Notes under the pieces: generated by a model
The model's database searches: none
What the model was told of the DNA's origin: nothing
The model's input: only the letters and a program-made list of their open reading frames with translations
Translations under genes and position numbers: made by a program
Shown here: positions 27,860-37,635 of the stretch, in pieces
Numbering within the stretch: the first letter of the stretch is position 1
Layout of the letters: every line of letters begins with the position of its first letter
IMG/VR virus record: IMGVR_UViG_2890388907_000005
Location: 16,217 to 80,216 of that record
Origin: a virus
Lineage: Duplodnaviria > Caudoviricetes
Length of the DNA stretch: 64,000 bases
Strand: one strand, 5' to 3'

Positions 27860-28818
27860 GCCGCCACCCCCATGGGTTTCGGCTTCGTCTTGCCCGCCTT
27901 CTTCTGGGTGAGGGCATCGACCTTCTTGGCCAGCTGCTGGACCGCGCCCATGGTGACGCCCATGGCGGTGATCGGGTCGATGGTGGTGCCGTCGCCGACG
28001 CCGGTGGCTGCGGCGAAGTCCTCGGCATAGGGGCCGACATGCTCGCCCTCGTCGGCGACGCCCGCCTTGTAGCGCCATTTCTCCACCGGCATCTTCTCGA
28101 CCGCGGCCAGGGCATCGAAGGGGCGTTTATCCTCCTTCACCTTTTCCGAGGACATGAAGGCGCCCGCCATCATCCCCAGCGACCCGAACATCTGCATCTG
28201 GCTCTGCGCCGCCATCTGGGAGGACTGCAGCTCCTGCTGATACTGGGTGTTCAGCAGGCTTCCGGCCTGGTTGTAGCCCTGCATCGCGCCGTTGGCGCCG
28301 GCGCTGACCGCGCCATTGGAGAGCCCCATGGAGGTGGCCGGGTTGACGGCCAGACCCGCCCCCATGTTGATCGCGTTCGCCATTTTGGCGTCGGCTTCGG
28401 CTTCGACGGTGCGGCGGGACATATTCGCGGCGCCCGCCGAGGCAAGCGCGGTGTCGGTGGCGCCCTTCTGGGTCTCCGCGGCGTAGCGCCCGGAGGTCGG
28501 ATCGACCCCCATCGCCATCATCGACCGGCTGCGCTGCCCGGCGGCCAACGCGCTCTGGTTCTGCACATCGGCGACGGCCTGATCGGCGACGCTCTGCTTG
28601 CGTTCCGCCGAGTCCCAGCCTTGCGCCTCGGCGATGTATTGGTCCTGCAGGGGCTGGAAAACGGTCTGCTCGCGCTCCCGATCCTCAAGGGCCCAGCTGT
28701 TGGTGATCTCGGCCTGCGACTTCATGAAGTCGAGGAATTCGGCGCCGGTTCTCGCCGAGATCATCGCGGCCTGACCGATCTGCGGATCTGCCTCGGGTGC
28801 GTCGTAGCTGTTGCCCAT
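27856..28818 (-). CDS. DNA pilot/ejection protein with C-terminal peptidase S74-like chaperone domain
   Basis: Gln/Ala/Met-rich body; SSEKVKED...WRYK...HVGPYAEDF. Confidence 0.75.
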   Translation of the reverse strand: MGNSYDAPEADPQIGQAAMISARTGAEFLDFMKSQAEITNSWALEDREREQTVFQPLQDQYIAEAQGWDSAERKQSVADQAVADVQNQSALAAGQRSRSMMAMGVDPTSGRYAAETQKGATDTALASAGAANMSRRTVEAEADAKMANAINMGAGLAVNPATSMGLSNGAVSAGANGAMQGYNQAGSLLNTQYQQELQSSQMAAQSQMQMFGSLGMMAGAFMSSEKVKEDKRPFDALAAVEKMPVEKWRYKAGVADEGEHVGPYAEDFAAATGVGDGTTIDPITAMGVTMGAVQQLAKKVDALTQKKAGKTKPKPMGVAA

Positions 28819-29267
28819 CAGTGGCCTCCTTCCAGCCAGGTGCATTCTTCGCGCCTCATCCCGAACAGGATGGCATCCTCGCCGGTGAAATATCCGCCGC
28901 GGAGGCGCGCCTCGAACTGAAATCCGGCGCGCAGCGCCGCGATCTGCGCGGGATGGTTGCTCACCGCGGTCAGCGTCGTCATCCGGCGGCACCCGCGATG
29001 CAGGAACACATAGGCGCCCACCAGCTTGAGGATGCCGCGATCCGCCCAGCGCCGCGATCCGTTCGAGGCGGTATCGAGGGTGCAGGCGCCGTTCATGAAG
29101 CAGCTGGCCGTGATCACCGCGACGATCTGGCCGTCGTCGTCCACGACTCCCATCGGGACCGCGTCGGGCGGCAGCCGGCCGGGGGCGAGCCCAAGGCGTT
29201 CCTCCGCCCAGGCGCGCAGCGGCGCGACGAGATCGGCTCCCATGATGAGGTCGAGCGGCATGGACAT
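28818..29267 (-). CDS. Phage GNAT acetyltransferase-like protein
   Basis: YVFLHRGCRRMT...N...GFQFEARLR...DAILFGMRREEC. Start is 29267 or 29261, after GGAG. Confidence 0.8.
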   Translation of the reverse strand: MSMPLDLIMGADLVAPLRAWAEERLGLAPGRLPPDAVPMGVVDDDGQIVAVITASCFMNGACTLDTASNGSRRWADRGILKLVGAYVFLHRGCRRMTTLTAVSNHPAQIAALRAGFQFEARLRGGYFTGEDAILFGMRREECTWLEGGH

Positions 29268-29284
29268 GCTCCGGGCGTCAAATG

Positions 29285-29303
29285 GCGGCACGTCCTATCC
29301 CGC
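29285..29303 (-). promoter_or_regulatory. GGA motif/hairpin in GNAT-ejection operon leader (motif copy 3)
   Basis: Minus strand GCGGGAT-AGGAC-GTGCCGC, downstream of TAGCGA-17-TATTCT; stem has a mismatch. Confidence 0.65.
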
Positions 29304-29335
29304 GGCGGCAGAATAGCAGGTCGGCGCCGCGCTCG

Positions 29336-29710
29336 CTAGCGCAGCCTCGCCAGCACACCGGAGAGGACAAGCAGAACGATCGTGATGATGCACAGCAGGA
29401 AGGCCGGGATATTCCCGACGACGGCCGATGCCGCCGCCCAGGCGCCCAGCGTGACGAACCCGAGATCGGCGAGCCCATCCGAGGGCGATGCGTCGGCTTC
29501 ACGGACCTGGGCCGCCTCCCAGATGCCGTAGACGATGAAGACGGTGAGGATGGCGATCGCGTCGCCTGCGATTGCGGCCAGTATCGCGGCGGGGGCCATG
29601 CCGAAGATGACGGCATGGGCGCATTGGTTGCCCGCCCACGCCTCCGCATCATCGGGATAGGCGGAAGGCGTCTTGAACAAGTGCAGGAACAGGCCGATCA
29701 GCTTCTTCAT
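29336..29710 (-). CDS. Hypothetical membrane protein
   Basis: ATGA coupling; several hydrophobic helices. Confidence 0.7.
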   Translation of the reverse strand: MKKLIGLFLHLFKTPSAYPDDAEAWAGNQCAHAVIFGMAPAAILAAIAGDAIAILTVFIVYGIWEAAQVREADASPSDGLADLGFVTLGAWAAASAVVGNIPAFLLCIITIVLLVLSGVLARLR

Positions 29711-30288
29711 CCCAACGCTCCTGTGATCTGGGAAATTGCGGTGTCCAGCCCGGCGGTGGCTGCGTCGATCTCCGCGCGGGTCGCCGCCGCCGCGATGGCG
29801 GCTGCAGCGGCGAAGCAGGCGGCCTCGACCGGCCCGCCCATCTGCCGCCATAGCGCATTCAGGTTGAGAACGACTTGAGCCACCTCCGCCAGCGTCGGTG
29901 CCGTGCCCCCGGTTTCGATGGGGCCAACCTCCGAGACCAGCATCGGATAGTCGGCGGGATCGGGGGTTCCGCTCGCGGAGGCGGCGACGAAGGCCTGCGC
30001 CTCCATGAGCTTGACCATGTAGTAGAGGCTCTGGAACTTCATGTCGGTCAGGGTGGTCAGTCGCGTCTCCTCGCGCTTGGCGGCGACACGATCCAGCGCC
30101 ATCCGCCGCATCGCCGGGGTGGCCGCGGTTTCAGGGGCGAGCGCGCCGGCGACGACGCGCCAGCGGAACGGGTCGGACAGATCGGTCTCGTCGGGCACCT
30201 CGATATGATCGCCCGGCGGCGGGGTGACGTGGGGGGCGAGCCGCATGACACCCGTGATCGCGCCATTGGCGTCGTAGTAGATCAGCAT
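29707..30288 (-). CDS. Putative tail fibre assembly/chaperone protein
   Basis: Follows the fibre gene; YMVKLMEAQAF...DYPMLVSEVG pattern. Confidence 0.7.
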   Translation of the reverse strand: MLIYYDANGAITGVMRLAPHVTPPPGDHIEVPDETDLSDPFRWRVVAGALAPETAATPAMRRMALDRVAAKREETRLTTLTDMKFQSLYYMVKLMEAQAFVAASASGTPDPADYPMLVSEVGPIETGGTAPTLAEVAQVVLNLNALWRQMGGPVEAACFAAAAAIAAAATRAEIDAATAGLDTAISQITGALG

Positions 30289-33200
30289 CAGCCGCCCCCC
30301 CAGCTTCCCATCGAATAGAACAGGTATTGGATCGTGCGGATGCTGTTGCTGCCGTTGGAATGATAGACCGGCGTTCCGGCGGAGAAGAAGGAGACGATCC
30401 GCTCGTAGGAGAAGTCGATCCAGGCGCCCTCGGCGATGTAGATCCGTCCGGTCCCCATCGAGTTGCCGTCGCCGGTGAACAGCACCCACAACCCCGCGCC
30501 CAGATCGGGGAAGGTGATCTCGACGCCATTCTTGAAGATCTGCCCTGAAGCCGTGGGCATCAGGGGCACCACATCGGCCGGGATGTCCGTCTTTTCGGCC
30601 AGGGAGTATTCGACCCGGCCCGGCCGGCCGGACGCACCGGAGGCCCGCGCATCGAAGCTGCTTGGTGCCGCCCCCGCGGCGCCGCCCGCCCCGATGGTCA
30701 CCACCAGTTTCGGCGCCACCATGCCCTCGATGTCGATGTCGCCGCTCGACGTGGTGGTCGCCGCCCCGCCCCCGGTTCCGGCGGTGGTCACGGTAATCAA
30801 CTTGTCGTTGTCCGAGGTGGTGTAGCCGGAGTCCTGCACGACAGTCGATGCGCCGCCGGCACCGCGTCCGAAGGCGCCGTAATAGCTGGCTTCGCCGGCT
30901 TGGCGATTGCTGGCCGCAGAGTCATAGCTGGTTCCGGCCCCATCGCCCCCCTGCGAGATCAGGGTCTTGATAAGGGTGTTGCCGTCATAGACCTGCACCA
31001 TGGTCGGCTCGCCGTCGCCGCCAGGCGTCGCTACCCTGCTGCTCGATGATCCCTGCGCTGTCGCGGTGAACTCGGCGCCCACCCCCGCGCCACCGCCGCC
31101 GCCGCCCGTGGCGCGGATCTTCAGGACATAGGCCCCCGGCGTCAGCATCACCTCCTGCGTGGTGTCGACCGTTTGGTATGGCGCTGGCAGCCCGCCGCGC
31201 AGGATGTGCCGCGCATTCTGGAGGACAAGCCCGTCGCCCGGCGTGATGGTCAGCGCCTGCACCGTGTTCTTGACCGGCACCGTCCGGGAGGCGGCGAACG
31301 AGAAATGGGCGGCACCATCGACGTCATAGCGGCCCATGTAGACGCCATCGGCGGGATCGTCCGGCCCCACCTTCGTCATCGAGAAGGCGGCGGTGGTCGC
31401 GCTCATCTCCAGAAGGGTGGTGACCTCGATATAGTCCGAGGTCAGCTTGCCCGACCCGATGATGGAGGCGTCCATCGAATAGGCCTGGATGTGCTGGCCG
31501 GTGACGGTGCCGTTCAGCAGGATCTCGGTGGCGTCGATGCGGGCCACCGAGACCGGGCCATCCGGCCCGTCAGAGGCCACCAGTTCGAGAAGCGCGCCCT
31601 CGCTGCCGGCCTGGACGCGGAAGCTGAGGGTCGCCGCCATGTTGCCCTCGATCGTGGCGATGGCATTGGCGGTTTGCGTCACCGAGGCGCTGAGGTCGCC
31701 ATAATCGGCCTCGACCATCTCGACGCGGGTGGCGAGTGCTTCATCGCCGTCCACACGCGCCGCGGCTTCTTCGGAGACCCGCGCGTCGATGGCGGCCTCG
31801 ACGATGCCGCCGGCGGTTTCCTCGGCGGTCGCCGGCCGGATCGCGATCCGATGAAGTTCGAGAGTCTTCGCGGCCTTCGTGAATGCGGCGTGGTTGACGA
31901 ACGCGAACAGGGCGTTCGAGGCGAAGGCGCCGGCGAAGGCCTCGGGCATCGCGAAGATGCCGGAGGCGGTCATGTTGTCGCCCAGCCGGAGCGTCCCCAG
32001 CATCATTTCGGACAGGGGTTTCTCCGCGGAGAAGGCCTCTGAGGCATCGTTGATCCAGTCGACGCGCACCCCGGCGCCGGCCAGTGACCCGGAGACAAGG
32101 GTGAACTCGATTTCAACCAGATAGGCGGAGGCGCCGGCCATGCCCGTCCATTGGGTGTCGGTGCTTTCGGTGGAGACGCCTTCGTCGGCCCCGGCGGGGG
32201 TGATGAAGGACCACGTCTTGCCGGTGGAGAACACCTTGTTGTCGGTCTTGGTCAGCTGGGCTTGCCCCCCCAACCGCTGCCAGTAGCCCGGCTCCTCACG
32301 ATCAAGAAACGGATCGGTGATCGCCGAGATCGCCCGGGACGTGATCGAGGCCGCCGCGGTGGCGGAGATGCCGGCCATCGCCGCGAAGTTGCCGGCATCG
32401 TCGACGGCCTGCGAGACCTGTTCCAGCGCCGTATTGGCGTTCGAGGCGGCGGTTTCGGCATCGGTGACGGCTTGCGCGGCGGCCAGTGCCTCGCGCGCGG
32501 CGTCATCGGCCTTGGTCGACGCGGTGTTGGCGAAGCCGGAAGCCGCATCGGCGAAGTCGGAGGCGGCGCCCGAGGCGGAGGCGGCGTCATCTGCGCTTCG
32601 TGCCGCCGCGTCCGCCGAGATACCCGCGGCGGCGGAGTGGCCCTCGGCGTCGGTGACCGCCTGTGAAACCTGCTCGATGACGCTGTTCGCGGCGTTCGAG
32701 GCCGCGGTTTCCGCAGCTGTCGCCCATTCCCCTGCGGCCGCGGCCTCGCGGGCGGCATCGTCTGCCTTGACAGATGCGGTGTTCGCGAACCCCGCCGCGG
32801 CCTCGACAGCATCTTCGGCTGCGGTTTCCGAGGTGATGTCCTGCCATTCGAGATCGGTCCACCAGGCATATTCCGTCGCCGGCCCGGTGGTCCCGTTCAT
32901 CTGCAGCCAGAGGTTCCAGTCGGTGCAGTCTTCGGTGAAGGTCCGTTCTGCCTCCACTTCGACCCAAGCACCGCCCGCCGCCGGGGCTGTCGCTATCGGG
33001 GTGAAGCTGCTGGTGCCGGTGCTGAGGCGGGTGTAGCGGATGCCGATCCGCGCATCGCTGGCGGCGGCGTTGTAGACCCAGCCCCTGACCCGGAAGGTGC
33101 GGCCCACCAGGTTCTCATGCCACATCTCGTTGGCGCCGGTGGTGCCGATCCGATAGCCTTGCGTGTCCCTGACCCCAAGGCGCAGCGCCTTCGTTCGTCC

Positions 33201-34604
33201 GAGCGGATGCGGGGCTGGCACATCGGTGACCTGCGATGTGGTGGAGTAGCCGTCGCGCAGGCCATCCTCGAAGGTGGATCGTGGGGCGAAGTTGCCCCGT
33301 GCCGCCTCTCCGGCCTGCAGCGACATGCGCGCGACGACGCTCTGCGTGGATCCCGCGGTGGTGGCGAACCCTTCCGCCGTCTCCACGGCCTCCGCGACCT
33401 GATCGAAAAGGCTGGTGGCGCCCCCAAGCGCGGTTTGCGCGTCGATCATGTGCTGTTCTGCCGCCAGCGCATATTGGCCGGCGTCATCGGCCCTGGTCGA
33501 CGCGGTGTTGGCGAAGCCCGAGGCGGCATCGGCAAAGCCGGAGGCGGCGCCCGAGGCGTCCTGTGCGTCCTGCGCACTGTTGGCCGCCGCCTGCGCCGAG
33601 ATGCCGGCAGCCGCGGAGTGGCCTTCCGCATCGGTGATCGCCTGTGAAACCTGCTCGATGACGGTGTTGGCGGCGTTGTTGGCGGCAGTCGTGGCCTCCG
33701 TGGCGGCCGTCTGTGCCGCCAGTGCTTCCCGGGCCGCATCGTCGGCCTTGGTCGACGCGATGGAGGCGCTGCCGGCCGAGGCGTCGGCAGCATCCCCGGC
33801 CGCATTGGCGCTGTTGGCCGCGGCGTCTGCCGAGATTCCGGCGGTGGCGGCATGCCCCTCGGCCGTCTCGACGGCTTCCGCGACCTGACCAAGGGCGGTG
33901 GTCGCGGCGCCAGCAGCGGTTTCGGCCAGGGTGACCTGCTCGGATGCGGCAAGCGCGTGTTGACCTGCCTCATCGGCCTTTGCCGCCGCGAAGTCGGCGT
34001 GGCCGGATGCCGCATTTGCGAACCCGCTGGCAGCGTCTGCCATCTGCGCGGCGGCGCCCGCGGACGTGCTGGCGTCCGTGGCATAGCCTTGAGCCGCCAG
34101 AACCGCCTGGGCGGTGTCATCGTAGGCGATCTGCAGCCCGTCGATCTGCCCTTGGAGGTTGTCGACGCTGGCCGACAGCGACGCACTGATTTGGGCGGCA
34201 TCGCCGCTGATCCGGTCGACGTCTTCCCGCAACTCATCCGCCCGCGCGGTGAGATCGGTGTTGATCTGGGCTGCCTCCGCCGACACGGCTGCGATGTCAC
34301 CGCGCAGTTCCGAGGCCTCGGCTTCCAGATCGTCGCGGACCGCCGAGGCGGCGGCGCCGGCGGCGGCGGCATCGGCAAGGGCCTGCTCGATCTGCTGCTG
34401 CATCGGTCCAGCGACACTTTCGACGACGCCTTCCACGATCTCGGTGACGCCATCGGTGTCGATGGGGGGCGGGGTGGCGGCCACGGCGGCCTGCAGTTCC
34501 GAATGCCTGACCGCGCGCTTCGACCGGTCCCCGCGCTCGCCCGCGAGGATTTCGACGGTCTCGCGGAGCCGCCGCTGCTGCATGGTTTCCGGTGCGACGG
34601 CCAT
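30288..34604 (-). CDS. Tail fibre protein with Ala-rich coiled-coil repeats, CBM-like inserts and Gly-rich C-terminal region
   Basis: N-terminal LRETVEILAGERGD; repeated AASGFANTASTKADDA; GGGGGGAG segment. Confidence 0.8.
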   Translation of the reverse strand: MAVAPETMQQRRLRETVEILAGERGDRSKRAVRHSELQAAVAATPPPIDTDGVTEIVEGVVESVAGPMQQQIEQALADAAAAGAAASAVRDDLEAEASELRGDIAAVSAEAAQINTDLTARADELREDVDRISGDAAQISASLSASVDNLQGQIDGLQIAYDDTAQAVLAAQGYATDASTSAGAAAQMADAASGFANAASGHADFAAAKADEAGQHALAASEQVTLAETAAGAATTALGQVAEAVETAEGHAATAGISADAAANSANAAGDAADASAGSASIASTKADDAAREALAAQTAATEATTAANNAANTVIEQVSQAITDAEGHSAAAGISAQAAANSAQDAQDASGAASGFADAASGFANTASTRADDAGQYALAAEQHMIDAQTALGGATSLFDQVAEAVETAEGFATTAGSTQSVVARMSLQAGEAARGNFAPRSTFEDGLRDGYSTTSQVTDVPAPHPLGRTKALRLGVRDTQGYRIGTTGANEMWHENLVGRTFRVRGWVYNAAASDARIGIRYTRLSTGTSSFTPIATAPAAGGAWVEVEAERTFTEDCTDWNLWLQMNGTTGPATEYAWWTDLEWQDITSETAAEDAVEAAAGFANTASVKADDAAREAAAAGEWATAAETAASNAANSVIEQVSQAVTDAEGHSAAAGISADAAARSADDAASASGAASDFADAASGFANTASTKADDAAREALAAAQAVTDAETAASNANTALEQVSQAVDDAGNFAAMAGISATAAASITSRAISAITDPFLDREEPGYWQRLGGQAQLTKTDNKVFSTGKTWSFITPAGADEGVSTESTDTQWTGMAGASAYLVEIEFTLVSGSLAGAGVRVDWINDASEAFSAEKPLSEMMLGTLRLGDNMTASGIFAMPEAFAGAFASNALFAFVNHAAFTKAAKTLELHRIAIRPATAEETAGGIVEAAIDARVSEEAAARVDGDEALATRVEMVEADYGDLSASVTQTANAIATIEGNMAATLSFRVQAGSEGALLELVASDGPDGPVSVARIDATEILLNGTVTGQHIQAYSMDASIIGSGKLTSDYIEVTTLLEMSATTAAFSMTKVGPDDPADGVYMGRYDVDGAAHFSFAASRTVPVKNTVQALTITPGDGLVLQNARHILRGGLPAPYQTVDTTQEVMLTPGAYVLKIRATGGGGGGAGVGAEFTATAQGSSSSRVATPGGDGEPTMVQVYDGNTLIKTLISQGGDGAGTSYDSAASNRQAGEASYYGAFGRGAGGASTVVQDSGYTTSDNDKLITVTTAGTGGGAATTTSSGDIDIEGMVAPKLVVTIGAGGAAGAAPSSFDARASGASGRPGRVEYSLAEKTDIPADVVPLMPTASGQIFKNGVEITFPDLGAGLWVLFTGDGNSMGTGRIYIAEGAWIDFSYERIVSFFSAGTPVYHSNGSNSIRTIQYLFYSMGSWGGG
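32380..34080 (-). repeat. Degenerate intragenic coding repeats in the tail fibre
   Basis: e.g. CCTGTGAAACCTGCTCGATGACG identical at 32660-32682 and 33641-33663. Confidence 0.85.
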
Positions 34605-34606
34605 GG

Positions 34607-36151
34607 CTACCTCAGCAGCTCCTCGATCGTCGCGGCGAAGGAGATGCCGCTGATTGTGGCGTCACCTTCAACCTCGACCTCCCAGCGGGTGGCCTTGCCG
34701 GCCGGCAGCCGCCCGGGGGTGTCGATCGCGTCGCTGCTGTGGTGCAGGGTGCCGTCCGCATAGAAGCGGGTGACGGTGGCGCCGTCGCGTTCGGTGTCGA
34801 TCTTGAAGGCGCCGAAACCCTCGCGATGGACGTGGTGGTAGAGGCGGCTGCGCCAGAGATAGGGACGCTTCGCACCCGCCTCCCACAACCGGACCTCGGC
34901 GCCCTGCAGCATGAAGACCGCGCCGGTCTGGATTTCGAGATGCAGATCCTCGGCGCTGATGTCGGCGCGCTCGTAGAAGGGCTGCGTTCCGGTCGTGTCG
35001 ATCGCACCGATCCGGCGCGCCGCCCCATCGAGGTGCGAGAACAGGTATCGGCCGCGATAGGAGGTGGCGATGAAGGTGGACGGTTCCAGAGCCGTCCATT
35101 GGTCCGCGGTGAACAGTTCCCGCGAGATGACCTGCGCGCCGGAAAGCGAGATCGAGACGATGCCCTCCGGCGATGGATAGAGCGCCGAATAGCCCATATC
35201 CACGATTCCGCGGCGCGCGACGCAGGGCAGGTTCGACTCCACCTTCTCCTGCATCATCGACTCGGGATGGGTGCCCTGGATGATGTAGGGGGTGCCGGTG
35301 GTCAGCACGACAAGCGCGGAACCCAGCGCGACCAGCCCGACGACAGGATAGGCGACGGTGAGGACGTATTTCGATGGCCAGGCATGCGGGATGTAGGGCT
35401 CGCAGAACAGCACCTCCTTCCCGTCGAAGGCCGCCATCATGCCGTTCGGCATCGGGATGATCCCGCGCATCCCGGCCGGCGGCGCGTCATAGTCGGTGCT
35501 AGGCACCGGCTCTTGGATCGGCTCGTCCAGCGGCAGATGGGTGTGGGACAGATCGAAGGCGGAGAACTCGGCGACGAAATGCAGCGCGGTCTCCCCGCTG
35601 CTGCCGGTCTGGGAGCGATAGAGGCGGATCAGGGTGATCCCGCGCCCGGCGGGCGGGGTGACGAAGCCCTGCAGGAAGACCTGCAGAGGCGAGTGCCATA
35701 GCACCGGCTCCGTCAGAGGCGACGGGGGCGACTCCTCGCCCCACTGGGTGACATAGGTGTAGGCGAACAGCGTCTCCTCGGCGATGGCTACATCCACGGT
35801 GCCGAGGATTTCGACCGTGGGCGCGTCGGTCGGGGGCAGCAGGGCCAGCGGGTAGGTCTGGCCGTCGACCCGCATCTTCGGGGCGCCGTCGCCGGTGATG
35901 TAGAGCCGCGAGGTGGCCACGGGCCCGGGCGTGGCATCGACATCGGCGTCGAAGCCTAGCCAGGCGCTGTCGTGACGGATGATCCGCTGCACCGGCCCGG
36001 GAAACTGGTGGACGGTGACCGGCTCGCGCAACGCCCGGATCGCGCCGTCTTCCAGCACGATGTCACGCGCGGCTTGCGCGTAGTTCTCGGGCAGAAGCCT
36101 TGGGTGGAGGCGCGGCATCTCGCCTTTGAAGTTGGCGATCTGGACGCGCAT
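34607..36151 (-). CDS. Tail tubular/nozzle (stabilisation) protein
   Basis: FKGEMPRLHPRLLP; YTYVTQWGEESPPS; FCEPYIPHAWP; TGATG coupling. Confidence 0.8.
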   Translation of the reverse strand: MRVQIANFKGEMPRLHPRLLPENYAQAARDIVLEDGAIRALREPVTVHQFPGPVQRIIRHDSAWLGFDADVDATPGPVATSRLYITGDGAPKMRVDGQTYPLALLPPTDAPTVEILGTVDVAIAEETLFAYTYVTQWGEESPPSPLTEPVLWHSPLQVFLQGFVTPPAGRGITLIRLYRSQTGSSGETALHFVAEFSAFDLSHTHLPLDEPIQEPVPSTDYDAPPAGMRGIIPMPNGMMAAFDGKEVLFCEPYIPHAWPSKYVLTVAYPVVGLVALGSALVVLTTGTPYIIQGTHPESMMQEKVESNLPCVARRGIVDMGYSALYPSPEGIVSISLSGAQVISRELFTADQWTALEPSTFIATSYRGRYLFSHLDGAARRIGAIDTTGTQPFYERADISAEDLHLEIQTGAVFMLQGAEVRLWEAGAKRPYLWRSRLYHHVHREGFGAFKIDTERDGATVTRFYADGTLHHSSDAIDTPGRLPAGKATRWEVEVEGDATISGISFAATIEELLR

Positions 36152-36813
36152 CAGAGCCACCTCGGTTTCGTCCGCACCGGGGCGCGCTGCTGGCCTCTGA
36201 TCTTGCTGGAAAAGGCGCCCCGCATCGCCTCGTCGAAGACGGCGCGGAAGGCGGTTGCGGCCTTGGCGTCGGTCCAGAGCTGGCCGGGGATCGACAGGAT
36301 CCGGCTCAGCGCCCCGGCCGCGATGGTCTCCCCATGCTGGGTCAGCAGGAAGTCGGGGGCGCGGTTGTTGGCGTCGTCGAGCGGATCGTCCGGGTCTCCG
36401 CCGAAGGACTGCCCGTGGCGCGGCTTCAGGAACAGCGACAGCCGCAGGACGCCCGGCTCGAAGGGGTAGACCGACACGGTGTCGGGGGTCACCTGGGTCA
36501 GGTATTTCGCCTGCCCGGTCATCGGGGTCTGGGCGACGCCGTCATGGGCCAGATCGGTGATCTGGGTGGGGTCCAGCGGTCGGCCGTCCAGCGTCGCATC
36601 CTCGATCTCATGGATGGCGCTGCCGGGCGGGGCAACAATCGCCTGCCCCTGCTCGTTCAGCGCGGCCTCCACCATATGCCGCCAGCAGCGCGTCCGCTCG
36701 CAGAACTCGATGGCGGCGAGGCGGGTTTGGAACAGGGCAACCGGATCGGGGCAGCCCGGGGCGCGGGGCAGGATGTAGGCGAGGAAGGGCGTCAGCTTGA
36801 TCGTGGTGACCAT
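36151..36813 (-). CDS. Head-tail adaptor protein
   Basis: PGCPDP...AAIEFCERTRCWR; position in the structural operon. Confidence 0.75.
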   Translation of the reverse strand: MVTTIKLTPFLAYILPRAPGCPDPVALFQTRLAAIEFCERTRCWRHMVEAALNEQGQAIVAPPGSAIHEIEDATLDGRPLDPTQITDLAHDGVAQTPMTGQAKYLTQVTPDTVSVYPFEPGVLRLSLFLKPRHGQSFGGDPDDPLDDANNRAPDFLLTQHGETIAAGALSRILSIPGQLWTDAKAATAFRAVFDEAMRGAFSSKIRGQQRAPVRTKPRWL

Positions 36814-36822
36814 CTGCGCACC

Positions 36823-37512
36823 TCAGCGCGACCCCAGCGACATCGCCGCTTCGCCGGTGTTGATCGCGCCAAGCGCCGCGGTGAAGGAACTGTAGTGGGC
36901 GGTGGCCCGCGCCGCCGCATTGGCCTCGCCGGAGTCCTTCGACAGCGCCCGGTAGAGGACATAGTCGACCAGCGGGTTGCGGTAGAGGTCGGGGAGATCG
37001 ACGAAGGAGTCGTAGGCCTCGACGTCGAGCATGGCGCTGCCGGTCGGCCCGGACAGCTCCAGCGGGACGACACCCACGGCGGCCTCGATGCGGCCCTCAC
37101 CGTTGTTGCCGGGGACGACGTAGAATTGCCGGGGCGTCGTCATGTCATGGACGACATGCAGCACGGCGCGGGCGAAGGGCATCACCGATTTGTCCTGCCA
37201 GCCCGGGATCTGGGCATCCAGCACGGACCGGTCGATGGGCCGGATCGCGGCGCCGCCCCGTTCCTCCTGGCCCTGAACGATGTTGCGGATCACCCGGGAG
37301 AGGATCGAATACTCGGCGGGCAGTTCCTGCCGGGTGCCCGCGACGAGACTGAGGATGACGATGCGGCTGTTCGCGTTGGGCTTGATCGCGACAACCTCGC
37401 GGATCCCGTCCTGCAGGTAGGCGAACAGTTCGGCCGCGAGCCAGTGGACGGCCCCGCTGTCCTGCAGGATCGTTGAGGCGCGGCGCATCACGTCTTTTGC
37501 CCGGAAGGCCAT
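36823..37512 (-). CDS. Head-tail adaptor/tail tubular A-like protein
   Basis: ILQDSGAVHW..EL; LVDYVLYRALSKD. Confidence 0.75.
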   Translation of the reverse strand: MAFRAKDVMRRASTILQDSGAVHWLAAELFAYLQDGIREVVAIKPNANSRIVILSLVAGTRQELPAEYSILSRVIRNIVQGQEERGGAAIRPIDRSVLDAQIPGWQDKSVMPFARAVLHVVHDMTTPRQFYVVPGNNGEGRIEAAVGVVPLELSGPTGSAMLDVEAYDSFVDLPDLYRNPLVDYVLYRALSKDSGEANAAARATAHYSSFTAALGAINTGEAAMSLGSR

Positions 37513-37521
37513 CAGGTTCTC

Positions 37522-37635
37522 CTATCGGCGCTTGCCGAACAGGCGGCGCCAGAACGACGGGCGCCGCGGGGTGCGATCGTGCTTCCAGTAGTCGCCGGGG
37601 GCGCCGGGCGTCTTCCGGCGCCCCCGGCGCGCCAT
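37522..37635 (-). CDS. 37-aa basic peptide ending in an amphipathic FWRRLFG helix (absent from ORF track)
   Basis: MARRGRRKTPGAPGDYWKHDRTPRRPSFWRRLFGKRR; TGATG coupling upstream; its TAG is part of the next gene's AGGAG RBS. Confidence 0.7.
   Translation of the reverse strand: MARRGRRKTPGAPGDYWKHDRTPRRPSFWRRLFGKRR

Noticed and set aside
32380-34080. Repeats considered as a CRISPR array or DGR template/variable pair
   Set aside because: In-frame degenerate coding repeats; no unique spacers, cas genes or reverse transcriptase seen.
27170-37525. ATAGGAG at about 27173-27179 and 37519-37525 as further GGA-motif copies
   Set aside because: These are stop codon/Shine-Dalgarno overlaps lacking the nGTG half and the stem.
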